Source of the DNA: an uncultured Candidatus Sumerlaeota bacterium
Lineage (GTDB): Bacteria; Sumerlaeota; Sumerlaeia; SLMS01; JAHLLQ01
NCBI GenBank assembly: GCA_964625145.1
Contig: CAZVAQ010000001.1
Location: 1 to 42,655 of the forward strand
Reading direction: 5' to 3'
DNA length: 42,655 nucleotides
Shown here: positions 27,700-37,179 of the stretch, in pieces
How positions within the stretch are numbered: position 1 is the stretch's first letter
How the letters are laid out: the number at the start of each line of letters is the position of its first letter
The notes under the pieces: generated by a model
What the model saw: the letters and a program-made list of their open reading frames with translations, nothing else
Databases searched by the model: none
Told to the model about the DNA's origin: nothing
Translations under genes and position numbers: made by a program

Positions 27700-30600
27700 T
27701 TAGTTCAGGAAGATCCAGTCGGTGACCTCGGGGATCTCCGGGACCGGCGCATCGAGGACGATGAACTGGCCGGGTGTGGACTCGGCGACTCCACCGTCGG
27801 GGTTGTAGACGCGGACCGTGCGGCCACCAAGGCTTGTTCCTGCCTCGACGAAGACGCGCACGTCGATGGTGCCCGGGTTCAGCACAACGGGCGAACCGAT
27901 GACGCTGACGCCTTGGCCGAAGGTGACGACGGCTCCTGGCTTGAAGGCCGAACCGTGCAGGCGGATTTCGCGCCACTCGCCACGATAGGCCTGCGACGGG
28001 CTGACGGCCACGAGGGTAAGCGTCGGCACGACCGGTGTCTCGCCGGGGACCGAATCGACGCCCTCACGGTGGAACAGCTCGGTGCGCGGAGCGGAGAAGC
28101 TGCGTCCATCGAGGCGGTTCTCGTAGAAGGCGTTCAGACCGGCGTAGGAGCGCAGGTCGGTGCCGAGGCGGCCGAGTTCGCCGACGAACAGGTCGAGGTC
28201 GCCGTCGCCGTCGGCATCGAGCAGCTCAATGCCGCGGGCATTGCCGTCGGTGCCTGGGTAGCGGCCGACCAGTTCGCCCTGGCCGTCGTAGTTCGGGCCG
28301 AAGTCAGTGGAGTTGGGGTGCGGGATTTCCGACTCGCCCAATCGGGCGAAGACCGGCGTTCCCGGCGTGCTGCGGTTGTGGTACAGGCGTGCCGACGGGA
28401 AACGGTCGGAACCCAATGCGTTGGCAAAGGCCACCGTGAAGTCCAGCAAGCCATCACCATCCACGTCGCCGATGCTGATATCGTAGTAACGCTCGGCGAC
28501 GATGGCATCATCGGGGAATGGCGACTCGATGGGCGTGAAGAAGCCATTGCCGTCGTTGGCCAGGTAGACCGTGCGGCCGATGGCCGAAGCGGGGCCGGCG
28601 GTGGTGACGACCATGTCGAGGATCTGGCGGAAGTTGCCATCGCCATCGATGTCGAGATAGCGCTGCGGCCGGCGGGTGACGCGCTTGGGGTTCATGGGGT
28701 CACCGGTGAGCAGCGTGTCCACGACCGGTTGACGGAAGCCGCCATCGAAGACCGGATCGATCTCGCGGATCTCGAATTGCGGCGTCGTGTTCGGGTCGCC
28801 GTCGAAACGCGCGGGATCAATGGCACGGACGAGGGCCTCGAACTTCTGGATTTCGACATCAGTGACGATGCCGTCGCCGTTCATGTCCTCGGCGATGTCG
28901 CCGCGGCGCGAGAAGTCGGCAACGCCGATCTTGGTCGCATAGATGGTGAGCGACGGGAATGACGGATCCAGGACGAACTGTCCGGGTGTTCCACCAAAGC
29001 CGCCCTGGTTGAGGAGCAGCCACATCTTCTCGTCGACACCTGGGGGCGCGCCACCCTCGATGCGGCGGTTTGCCACCACAAGGTCGAGCCAACCGTCGTT
29101 GTTCACGTCGAAGAACACGGCATGGGCCGAGTCGCCGATCAGGCCGGAAGCTTCCGGTCCGAGCAGGTGGCTGACGTCCTCGAAGTAGCGCTCGGTGTAA
29201 TACGAGCTGTTCCCCGGATCGCCAGCCGTGCGGTTCATCAGAAGAACGTTGGGGGCACCGGCGCCGGCGAAGCCGTTGACGTAGAGCACGTCGGTGAATC
29301 CGTCGTTGTTGATGTCGCCGATGGCGATCTCGTTGGTGAAGGAGCGGGGGTCGTCGCCGTCGCCAACGAAGGGAAGGCGCGTGGCGATCGGGTTGCTGTC
29401 GATGTCGAAGACGACGAAGGACGATTGATCCTCGAACACTCCGGATCCAAGCCCCTCTGCCGCCTTGACCTCGGGCGGGAATGTGTCGTCGCGCGGGTCA
29501 ATCAACTCACGCGGGTTGTTGGTGCTGTAGAACGTGGCCGGATCGAAGCCCATCTCGGTCAGAAGCGTGCGGTCAAGAATCGGGTTCTCCGGGATGAAGG
29601 AGAACAGGTCCGGGGCGTTGGCGTTGCGGTTCAGGTACAGGCGGTTTGCTTCGCCATAGTGACCGACGATCAAGTCCCACGAACCGTCGTTGTTGATGTC
29701 GACGAACTTGCCGCTGGAAGCCTTCGCCAAGTCGGGTTCAAGACCGTAGGGGAAGCCATGGAGGACACGGCGTCCGCCGGGGTAAGCCGTGTTCGCGGGG
29801 ACGTAGACTGCCGATCCCGGGACCTCCGGCTTGCCACGGTTCAGGAAGATCTGGCTGCGGTCACCTTCCGAGGTGAGGTAAGCGCCGCAGAAGATCGCCA
29901 GATCGATCAGGCCGTTGCGGTCGACGTCGGCAGAGTCCACACCGGCGACGAAGCTGTTGTAGGGCGCTGGGCCAAGGAAGAAGTCCTCCACGCCGACGCC
30001 ATGGCCGTCGTCGATCAGCTCACGGGTGTTGTCCATGAAGATCGGGCGGTCGCTCAGGTTGGTCAGGCTGGGGCTGGATTCGAACAGGCTATTGATGAAC
30101 AGACGCTGAATGCCGGCCTGAAGCGTGACGAACAGGTCGAAGTCCCCGTCGCCATCGGCATCGAAGGGCATGAGGTGCGTGCCCGCGATGCGGGAGTTGT
30201 CGTCGTTGGGGCGGATGGCCGCCTGGCTGACGTTGCGCCATGACTCCTGGAAGAAGCCGGAGGCATCCATGTTGATCCACAGGTCGATCAGGCCGCCGAT
30301 GGTGGAGGCCACGTTGATGAGCGACCGCGGGGCATCGCCGACAGTCACGACGTCCTTGAGGCCCGAGCGACGGAAGTCTGCCGTCTGAATGGAGCGCAGT
30401 CGGGTGACGTACGCGCCATCTTCGAAGAGGCTGTCGCCTTCACTGAACTCGACGGCCCAGTGGCTGGGCGTCTGGCGGGTGTAGGTGAAGGTGGGAAGGA
30501 ACGCACCCGCGTAGATCGGATAGTCCAGACTGCTCTGGATCGTACCAAACGGTTCTACTTCGTATTCAATACCAACGCGCCTTGAGGCCCACGGCTGCAT

Positions 30601-33600
30601 GAGCGCGAAACCGGAGCTGAAACCATGGAAGGTTGGCGCGAAACCCTGATCCAGACTGCGGCGAATGCCCATACCAGGCAGGTGATCGCCGGCACCGAGC
30701 ACGTTGTAAGTCGTGGACAGTTGGATGCCGTCCGATGTGGAAGCGTCCAGGAGATCGGCGAACCCACGGTTGAAGATGTCCGCCGAGGCGACACCGGTCG
30801 TGAAGTAGCGCAGGAGCGGCCAGTCATCGTCCTCACCAGTGGAGGAGTCGCTCTTGGGAGGCGAATCGGCATCGGAGACCTCGGGGATGCCGATGAGGAA
30901 GGGCCACATGATGGTGGGCACTTCTTCGGTGATTTCATTGTCCGGATCGATGACCACGGTCACGACCGGCCCATAGATGAAGTCGGTGCCGAAGTTGACG
31001 TTGAAGAAGTAGCCGTCCGGCACCCAATCGCCATCGAGATCCAGATTTGAGAGAACGGGGTTGTACCCGTCGATGCTGGATCCGCTACGGCTTTCGATGC
31101 CAGAGTTAATGGCATTGCCGACGTAGATGTCGGGACCGGGGCTGAAATCCAAGAAGCGGCCGACGGCGACTTCCGAGGTGATGCTCCAGTCGACGTCCAC
31201 ATCGCTGCCGCTTTGAGGCGCGGGGAGCAGGTCCATCATGAGCGGCGGAAGCCGGTCACGCATCTCTTCCGGCACGATCTGCGTCGGGTCCACAATGCCG
31301 CCGGGGAACACATAGCCGACAACCCCGTTGAAGATCTGGTCCTTTCCGAGCGTCTCGTCGCGGAACCAAGTGGTCTCCACGCCATCAGGATTGATGAGAG
31401 GCGCCAGTGGCGGGAAGATCTCGATGTAGCGGTCTGGATCCGAGTCGAGCAGATAGAGGAATGGATCGGGAACGCCATAGGGGATCGGCATGAATCCACC
31501 GATGCCGTCCTCGACGATCAGGTCGTTGCGGCGGTTGATGAGGATGCGCTCGCTATATCGCAGCGGTCCTCCGATGAAGCCCTGAAGATCGCCCGGTCCG
31601 TCCTCCTCGCCCTCGGGCGGATCGAAGTCCTTTTGATACTCATCGCTGGATTCCGTGAGCTCGATGTCAAATCCGAAATCGAGATGGGCAATGATGAGGT
31701 CCAGGGCGCCATCGGCGTTGACGTCCGCGGCGCGGACACGGCCCGTGCGCGGCAGCTCCAGAAGGCGCGGAAGCGCCAGGCCGGAGACGTCGATGAAGAA
31801 GCCATCACCGAAGGAATCACCGTCGGGCGCGGGGTTGACGGCGGGATCGTCGACGTCGACGTTCATGAGGAGGCGGTCGAAAGTAAACTGATTGGCCTCG
31901 TAGGCGTCGAGGTCACCGTCATTGTCGAAGTCGAACAGGAGGATGAACGAGGTGGAGTCCTGGGAGATGGGGTAGCGATCGTCATTGCTGGGATCGCTGG
32001 GGAACTGGGGCTGTCCGTTGATGCCGAAGGTGACATCGCGGAACTTGCCCGGGTTGCTCTTGCCATCGTTGAGCCAGACGCGGTTGGCGCGGCCACCGGT
32101 GGATTGATCGGTCGTCGCATTAATTGCCAGCAGGATGTCGTTGTAGCCGTCGCCGTTGATGTCGCCGACTGCCACGCCAAGTGCGGACAGGTTGGTATCC
32201 GGGGTCTGGGCCTGGAGGACGGAGGTCGCGAACGGGCTGACGTCGGTGAGCAGGAAGCCGATGTTCTCGCACGCGTCGCCGATGCCGCTGTCGTCGCTGT
32301 CTTCCTGCCCGGGATTGAAGACGAATGGGCAGTTGTCCGCCTCATTGGCGACTCCGTCACCGTCGATGTCGGGGTCACAGGAATCGCCGATGCCGTTGCC
32401 ATCGAGGTCGGACTGGGATGGATTGAAGATTGAGGGGCAGTTGTCTTCCTCGTCCGCAACTCCGTCGCCGTCGAAGTCTCCTTCGCAGGCGTCGCCGATG
32501 CCATTGTTGTTGGAGTCGGCTTGGTCAGGATTCATGACCAAGGGGCAGTTGTCGAGGTCGTTGGGAACACCGTCGCCGTCAATGTCCGTGTCGCAGACAT
32601 CGCCGATCCCGTCAAGATCGATGTCGGTCTGCTCGGGGTTCGGGGTGTTGGCGCAATTGTCGAGGAAGTCGGGAATGCCGTCGCCATCGACATCGCCTTC
32701 GCAGACGTCTCCGACGCCGTTGCCATTGCTGTCCAACTGATCTTCGTTGGGGGTAAATGGGCAATTGTCGAGGAAGTCGACCACCCCATCGCCGTCACGA
32801 TCGCTGTCCTGGTAGATCGGGATGTCATCGGTCGTCGCGCGATTGGTTACGAAGTGCAGCGGCCCCAAATTGCCGGTAATGCACAGGGGCGTTCCTCGCT
32901 GGCGGAAGTCGCCATAGCGCTCGGAGGGTGAAATGGCACGGAGTCCGCTCTCCTGCAGGTTGAGCAAGGCAACGGAGCCAGGGATAACCGGATCGATTTC
33001 ATAGGTGACACCGGTGGAGATGCTCGTGGAGCCACCCGCCGCGACGGTCTGCGGCGCCCAGCGAAGGAGAATTCCGGTCGAGACCGGCGGCGGATCGGGG
33101 ACGTCCTGGTTAAAGGCCAGCGGGTGCCCGGGGGGCATATTGAAGAAGCCCTCGGCTCCCTCCGGGAACAGAACGAAGCGGTTGGCCGTCATCGCAGCGG
33201 CCGGAGGAGTGAGGCCCGACTCTGTCGTGTTGGCCAGGACGCTGAAGCGGTAGTCCTTGCGGGCGGGGTTGTTGAACCAAGTCAGGCGATCCGGCACGCC
33301 ACCACCTGCGAACAGAGTGCTGAACTGGGGGGTCGGGTTACCGTTTACGTAAATGTCGGGGTTCGACAACAAGAGGTTATCACCAGTGAACTGGCTGACA
33401 ACGTCCTGGAAATGGGCAAGAGTGACTATGTAGTCATTGGGCGAGGAGTTCTCGAAGATCCACGAGACCTTGACGCCTCGGGCGTTGGGGCCGCTGACGC
33501 TGGGGAACTGCACGACTTCCCAGCGCATCCTGATGCTTCCGATGATCTGGCCCGAACTCTTTGTGAGAGTGAAAAGTCCGTCGATGACGTCGACGGTCTC

Positions 33601-35568
33601 ATCGGAGATCAGAAGCTGGCCCGGGAAGGCGCCAAAGCCGAAGCCATCATTGGCAATGTAGAAGGTCTCGGTGATCGCACCGACGCTGTTGAGCTCCTGG
33701 AGCTTGAAGACGGTGCGGGCGCTCGCGATGAAGAGAGGGCCCTGATTGATCTGGACGAAATAATCGCCGGAGATGCCAATCTCGTTGGGACCGATCTCAC
33801 CGTCGTTGTTGAAGTCCACCCCCTGACCTGTGACTCCGACGCGGACATACTTGCTGCGGACGGACAGGGCGTCCGTGTCGCCATCGGGTCCGTTGCCGGA
33901 TCCTGGGCGGAAGGAGGTATCGACAACGCCACCGAAGAACTCTGTCTCGTACTCGTCGACCGATGTCGACAGATATCGCGCCTCATAGGCTTGGGAAACT
34001 TCGTCCCACGGGTAGATGAGCGTATCGAAGGTGACATCGGTGCCGCCGGGCTGGCCGCCACCCTCTCCGCCGCCGCCTTGATCTCCTTCGGAGACTGTCA
34101 CGCTGTAATCGCGAGCCATGGTCGCCGGTGGAGCAAGGAACAGGTAATAGTTGCAGCCGGGCTCAAGACCGCGAATCTCCCACTGTCCATTGGGAGTGAT
34201 AATGGGATCGAAGCCGGAATTGACTCCGTGGAAGAGGGGGATATTGCGTCCGGTGAACGTGTGGGCAATGAGCTGGATGTTGCCCGCATTGAGTTCGCCA
34301 AAGCCTTCGGAAAGACTGTAGCCGGGACTGAATTGGGAAGTCAGCGTGTCGAGGTCGATGCGGTCATCGTTGCGCGGCTTGCCGATGAAGACGAGCTGGT
34401 TGGGGATGCCCGGAACAGTGAACTCCTCGGAAGGTGTGGCCGAGCCATCCCAGACCAAGGCGCCGTTGATCACATCGCCGAAGACGCCAGCGGAGAAGCC
34501 GTACTCCTCCGACGGATACTGCGCAGCCATGGTGATCTCGTCGTCGAGGGTCAGTTCGCGACGCACATAGGGGTCGGCGAGGAACTCTTGACCAGAGATG
34601 TCGTTGAGCAGGGTGGTCTGATAGATGATGTACGGACTCATCACCGAGTTGAAGAGGAAAGAGGGTCCAAGACCCGCCATCTGGCCGAAGGAGCGCATGA
34701 AGACGCCCTCGAGGTCCGGAAGGCCGAGGACCGTTTCTTCCGTCAGGGGAGGGTCATAGTTGACCAACTGATCCTTGTCGTCAGGAAAGATGTACCAGCC
34801 GCCAAAGGCGCCAGCGGGATCATCAATGCCGCTGATGCCGGGCATCGGAGCGAGGCTGGTGTCCGCGTCGAAGATCTCTCCGGCCTTGTAGGAGCGATTC
34901 TGCAGGAGGAATGTGAAGTCCGGATCATAGATGTCGGAGCCGGGAACCCGCACCCCGATGACTGTCGCGACGCCTTCATCGACAATCTCGGTGAAGGTGC
35001 TCAAGGTGCTACCGGGAAGGAACGGCCCCTCGGAGGGATCCCAATCGCGGTTAAAGTAGGTGATGGTCGTGATGGAGGCGATTCCCACACCCGGCGACAG
35101 GACGGGATCCTGAAAGGTGATGAGATTGTAGCCGTCAATGCGCATGTCCTCGGGGCCGTAAGGCAGGTTTATCGGGTCGAAGACGAACGCCTGATACGAC
35201 TGCAGGATGCTGGCATTGAACTCCATGTTCGAATAGGGAACGTCGTTCCAACGCTCCATGGAACGGTTGAGCGAGTTGATGACATGAAGATCGGACACGC
35301 CACGGTTGTTGAAGAAACCAGGCAGGATCCACGAATCGTCCGCGGTGCTGCCAACGGAGCCGCCCGGGTTAAAGACGTAGAACTGGATCGGCATCGACTC
35401 CTCTGACCAGCGAAGAGGCGCGGGCACGACGATGTCGTCACTGGGATCACCCGGGTCGCCTAGCAAGCGCTTGGCGACTTGCAGGTTAATGCCGGCTGGG
35501 ACAGGGGCCGCGAGCCCAAGAATCAGCGTGGCCAACACGGCGTTTGCGAAAGTGTTCCTGAAACCCAT
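27700..35568 (-). CDS. Giant secreted protein (2,622 aa): degenerate metzincin-like N-domain, multiple FG-GAP/VCBS-type repeats, 5 thrombospondin type-3 repeats, C-terminal IPT/TIG-like domain
   Basis: I chose the ATG at 35568 (MGFRNTFANAVLATLILGLAAPVPAG, a signal peptide) with GAGGA upstream. FG-GAP-type Ca loops recur (GDINGDGYNDILLA, DFDNDGDLDAY, ADVNADGALDLII, DADGDGDFDLFV, DINNDGSWDLIV, GDINNDGFTDVLYV, DVNNDGWLDLVV, GDVDGDGLLDF, DADGDGDLDLFV). TSP3 repeats are present (DNCPxxxNPxQxDxDxxGIGDxC). The C-terminus reads LTLVAVSPSQAYRGEWREIRLHGSAFKPGAVVTFG...VRVYNPDGG. Confidence 0.85.
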   Translation of the reverse strand: MGFRNTFANAVLATLILGLAAPVPAGINLQVAKRLLGDPGDPSDDIVVPAPLRWSEESMPIQFYVFNPGGSVGSTADDSWILPGFFNNRGVSDLHVINSLNRSMERWNDVPYSNMEFNASILQSYQAFVFDPINLPYGPEDMRIDGYNLITFQDPVLSPGVGIASITTITYFNRDWDPSEGPFLPGSTLSTFTEIVDEGVATVIGVRVPGSDIYDPDFTFLLQNRSYKAGEIFDADTSLAPMPGISGIDDPAGAFGGWYIFPDDKDQLVNYDPPLTEETVLGLPDLEGVFMRSFGQMAGLGPSFLFNSVMSPYIIYQTTLLNDISGQEFLADPYVRRELTLDDEITMAAQYPSEEYGFSAGVFGDVINGALVWDGSATPSEEFTVPGIPNQLVFIGKPRNDDRIDLDTLTSQFSPGYSLSEGFGELNAGNIQLIAHTFTGRNIPLFHGVNSGFDPIITPNGQWEIRGLEPGCNYYLFLAPPATMARDYSVTVSEGDQGGGGEGGGQPGGTDVTFDTLIYPWDEVSQAYEARYLSTSVDEYETEFFGGVVDTSFRPGSGNGPDGDTDALSVRSKYVRVGVTGQGVDFNNDGEIGPNEIGISGDYFVQINQGPLFIASARTVFKLQELNSVGAITETFYIANDGFGFGAFPGQLLISDETVDVIDGLFTLTKSSGQIIGSIRMRWEVVQFPSVSGPNARGVKVSWIFENSSPNDYIVTLAHFQDVVSQFTGDNLLLSNPDIYVNGNPTPQFSTLFAGGGVPDRLTWFNNPARKDYRFSVLANTTESGLTPPAAAMTANRFVLFPEGAEGFFNMPPGHPLAFNQDVPDPPPVSTGILLRWAPQTVAAGGSTSISTGVTYEIDPVIPGSVALLNLQESGLRAISPSERYGDFRQRGTPLCITGNLGPLHFVTNRATTDDIPIYQDSDRDGDGVVDFLDNCPFTPNEDQLDSNGNGVGDVCEGDVDGDGIPDFLDNCANTPNPEQTDIDLDGIGDVCDTDIDGDGVPNDLDNCPLVMNPDQADSNNNGIGDACEGDFDGDGVADEEDNCPSIFNPSQSDLDGNGIGDSCDPDIDGDGVANEADNCPFVFNPGQEDSDDSGIGDACENIGFLLTDVSPFATSVLQAQTPDTNLSALGVAVGDINGDGYNDILLAINATTDQSTGGRANRVWLNDGKSNPGKFRDVTFGINGQPQFPSDPSNDDRYPISQDSTSFILLFDFDNDGDLDAYEANQFTFDRLLMNVDVDDPAVNPAPDGDSFGDGFFIDVSGLALPRLLELPRTGRVRAADVNADGALDLIIAHLDFGFDIELTESSDEYQKDFDPPEGEEDGPGDLQGFIGGPLRYSERILINRRNDLIVEDGIGGFMPIPYGVPDPFLYLLDSDPDRYIEIFPPLAPLINPDGVETTWFRDETLGKDQIFNGVVGYVFPGGIVDPTQIVPEEMRDRLPPLMMDLLPAPQSGSDVDVDWSITSEVAVGRFLDFSPGPDIYVGNAINSGIESRSGSSIDGYNPVLSNLDLDGDWVPDGYFFNVNFGTDFIYGPVVTVVIDPDNEITEEVPTIMWPFLIGIPEVSDADSPPKSDSSTGEDDDWPLLRYFTTGVASADIFNRGFADLLDASTSDGIQLSTTYNVLGAGDHLPGMGIRRSLDQGFAPTFHGFSSGFALMQPWASRRVGIEYEVEPFGTIQSSLDYPIYAGAFLPTFTYTRQTPSHWAVEFSEGDSLFEDGAYVTRLRSIQTADFRRSGLKDVVTVGDAPRSLINVASTIGGLIDLWINMDASGFFQESWRNVSQAAIRPNDDNSRIAGTHLMPFDADGDGDFDLFVTLQAGIQRLFINSLFESSPSLTNLSDRPIFMDNTRELIDDGHGVGVEDFFLGPAPYNSFVAGVDSADVDRNGLIDLAIFCGAYLTSEGDRSQIFLNRGKPEVPGSAVYVPANTAYPGGRRVLHGFPYGLEPDLAKASSGKFVDINNDGSWDLIVGHYGEANRLYLNRNANAPDLFSFIPENPILDRTLLTEMGFDPATFYSTNNPRELIDPRDDTFPPEVKAAEGLGSGVFEDQSSFVVFDIDSNPIATRLPFVGDGDDPRSFTNEIAIGDINNDGFTDVLYVNGFAGAGAPNVLLMNRTAGDPGNSSYYTERYFEDVSHLLGPEASGLIGDSAHAVFFDVNNDGWLDLVVANRRIEGGAPPGVDEKMWLLLNQGGFGGTPGQFVLDPSFPSLTIYATKIGVADFSRRGDIAEDMNGDGIVTDVEIQKFEALVRAIDPARFDGDPNTTPQFEIREIDPVFDGGFRQPVVDTLLTGDPMNPKRVTRRPQRYLDIDGDGNFRQILDMVVTTAGPASAIGRTVYLANDGNGFFTPIESPFPDDAIVAERYYDISIGDVDGDGLLDFTVAFANALGSDRFPSARLYHNRSTPGTPVFARLGESEIPHPNSTDFGPNYDGQGELVGRYPGTDGNARGIELLDADGDGDLDLFVGELGRLGTDLRSYAGLNAFYENRLDGRSFSAPRTELFHREGVDSVPGETPVVPTLTLVAVSPSQAYRGEWREIRLHGSAFKPGAVVTFGQGVSVIGSPVVLNPGTIDVRVFVEAGTSLGGRTVRVYNPDGGVAESTPGQFIVLDAPVPEIPEVTDWIFLN
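32263..32810 (-). repeat. Five tandem thrombospondin type-3 (Ca-binding) coding repeats, about 111 nt each
   Basis: The protein reads DRDGDGVVDFLDNCPFTPNEDQLDSNGNGVGDVCEG / DVDGDGIPDFLDNCANTPNPEQTDIDLDGIGDVCDT / DIDGDGVPNDLDNCPLVMNPDQADSNNNGIGDACEG / DFDGDGVADEEDNCPSIFNPSQSDLDGNGIGDSCDP / DIDGDGVANEADNCPFVFNPGQEDSDDSGIGDACEN. Recurring DNA strings such as GGGCA(A/G)TTGTC and ATCGCCGATGCC are visible. Confidence 0.85.
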
Positions 35569-35665
35569 TGGATCGAATTCCTCGTCTAAATGGTCCTTCG
35601 GCCTACGGCTCGGTAATCGAATCGACCGGCTGTCCATCTGAACAGCCAGTCGGGAAATGACGGGG

Positions 35666-36514
35666 CTACTTCTCCGCTTCTTCCTGCGGTGTCTCCACCC
35701 TGCGGACGTCGGTTTCGGCTGGCAGTGTTCGTCCCTTGACCGTTGGCGGGGCGATGTTGACGGGATCAAAGATCCGCAGCGCCTTGGCCGCTGGATCGCG
35801 CTCGGCCACATCAACCGGCTCGGCGTCCGGGGTCAAACGAACGGAGCGGCGGACCGGAACCTGCCCTTCGACGATCCGCCGGATGGCAGCCTCGAAGTCA
35901 TCCAGCTTGGGATAGTCCGAAACGGAGATGCGGCGGCCGGGAACCTCGCGCACGACGCGGGTGACTTCGTCAAAGCCCACGACCTGGTCGCCCTGCTTGC
36001 GGGGCTCTTCCAGCTTTACGATGCTGAACTTTCCCTGCGGTCCGGCGATGATGCGTGGAGAGACCAAGGTCAAGTGGTCCTCGGGCATATCCAGGGATTG
36101 GGCCACTGCGGCGAGTTCGGGCTCGCTACGCTTCTCAAGAAACAGGACCGCTTCCTCGTTCGGCTTGAGCGTGGCGATGTTGGTGGCCATCATGCCGATG
36201 CCGTCCAGCTCGCCACCGGGGATTGCGATCTGAATGGATTCGCCGGGTTGGCGATCCCCCTTCAGCGATTGGTCGACGATGAACTCGCTTACAGTGAAGA
36301 TCCGCCCACGAGTGAAGATGACTTCCTGTTCGGCAGCGACGCGGCCGGTGACGACTTCATCGGAATGGGCGACGATCTCCTCCACCGAGAGGGGGATGAT
36401 GGCTGCCGAGGCACTCCCGACACTCATCGCGATGGCCGCGGTGGCCAGAACGGCCGCGTTCCGGATCCAACCGGTCCAACCGCATCCGCTCCACATAAAT
36501 TGCCGACCTTGCAT
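35666..36514 (-). CDS. Secreted hypothetical protein (282 aa), no recognisable motif
   Basis: The ATG at 36514 has a perfect AGGAGG 7 nt upstream. The signal peptide is WIRNAAVLATAAIAMSVGSASA. It lies between the pseudopilin and the giant gene on the same strand. Confidence 0.6.
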   Translation of the reverse strand: MQGRQFMWSGCGWTGWIRNAAVLATAAIAMSVGSASAAIIPLSVEEIVAHSDEVVTGRVAAEQEVIFTRGRIFTVSEFIVDQSLKGDRQPGESIQIAIPGGELDGIGMMATNIATLKPNEEAVLFLEKRSEPELAAVAQSLDMPEDHLTLVSPRIIAGPQGKFSIVKLEEPRKQGDQVVGFDEVTRVVREVPGRRISVSDYPKLDDFEAAIRRIVEGQVPVRRSVRLTPDAEPVDVAERDPAAKALRIFDPVNIAPPTVKGRTLPAETDVRRVETPQEEAEK

Positions 36515-36528
36515 GTGTAACCTCCTGG

Positions 36529-37179
36529 TCACTGACCTTGGTAGACTTCTGTGCCGTCCCGCCCGCTCTGGAACCGGTAAAGATTCCCCCCGCTGATGGT
36601 GCCGTTACTGGGGTCGTACTCGTCCCGATATGACATCCCAAACTGGGTGGGCGTCGCGGGGAAATGACCCCACATGGCGCCCGGTGAAAAGCCGACGGTT
36701 CCATCGGGTCCCACCGACATCAATGTCCACTCTCCACCTCGCGACCGGATGCCGTTCAAAATCACTGGAATCGAAGCGAACAGCGGTTCCGAAATCGAGT
36801 AGGGCCAGTAGTCGATTCGGTTATTGGGGGGCGCAAGGCCTGTTTCAAACAAGTCGCGCGGAAGTGACGTAAGGTAGGCGATGGGCGAGGTGATTTGACC
36901 CATCTCGTAGGCTCGAATATTGGAATCAGCGGCACGGGACAGCACACTGCCGGTTGGGTATGTGGTCCTGCTGGGATAAGAGTTGCGGTCCACCCGGTAG
37001 GACTCAAGGCCGGTGGCCAGCACACGCATGTCGTTGCGCATGGCCGCCACACGGGCACGGGTCTGGGCTTCGAGAAAGTTCGGCACGGCGATGGACGCCA
37101 GGATCGAGATAATGGCGACAACGATGAGCAGCTCGATCAGAGTGAAGCCCTGCTGAATGGCTGCGGCATCTCTGGCCAT
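36529..37179 (-). CDS. Prepilin-type N-terminal cleavage/methylation domain protein (type II/IV pseudopilin-like)
   Basis: I chose the ATG at 37179 (MARDAAAIQQG|FTLIELLIVVAIISILASIAVPNFLEAQTRARVAAMRNDMRVLATGLESY). This has the canonical G/FTLIE prepilin-peptidase site and hydrophobic helix. The C-terminus contains YDPSNGTISGGNLYRF. Confidence 0.85.
   Translation of the reverse strand: MARDAAAIQQGFTLIELLIVVAIISILASIAVPNFLEAQTRARVAAMRNDMRVLATGLESYRVDRNSYPSRTTYPTGSVLSRAADSNIRAYEMGQITSPIAYLTSLPRDLFETGLAPPNNRIDYWPYSISEPLFASIPVILNGIRSRGGEWTLMSVGPDGTVGFSPGAMWGHFPATPTQFGMSYRDEYDPSNGTISGGNLYRFQSGRDGTEVYQGQ

Noticed and set aside
27640-35406. A series of plus-strand ORFs (27640..28962, 29122..30243, 31213..32433, 33124..35406) opposite the giant gene.
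   Set aside because: They mirror the Asp/Gly-rich repeat gene, so they are rich in Val/Asp/Gly/Ala/Arg, and they have no recognisable domains or signal sequences. The minus-strand frame carries coherent FG-GAP, TSP3 and IPT motifs over its full length.
35569-35814. 82-codon N-terminal extension of the giant ORF (MMWPSAIQRPRRCGS...).
   Set aside because: It is Arg/Ser/Pro-rich, lacks a signal peptide, and runs through the hairpin-containing spacer. The ATG at 35568 gives a classical signal peptide and has a GAGGA upstream.
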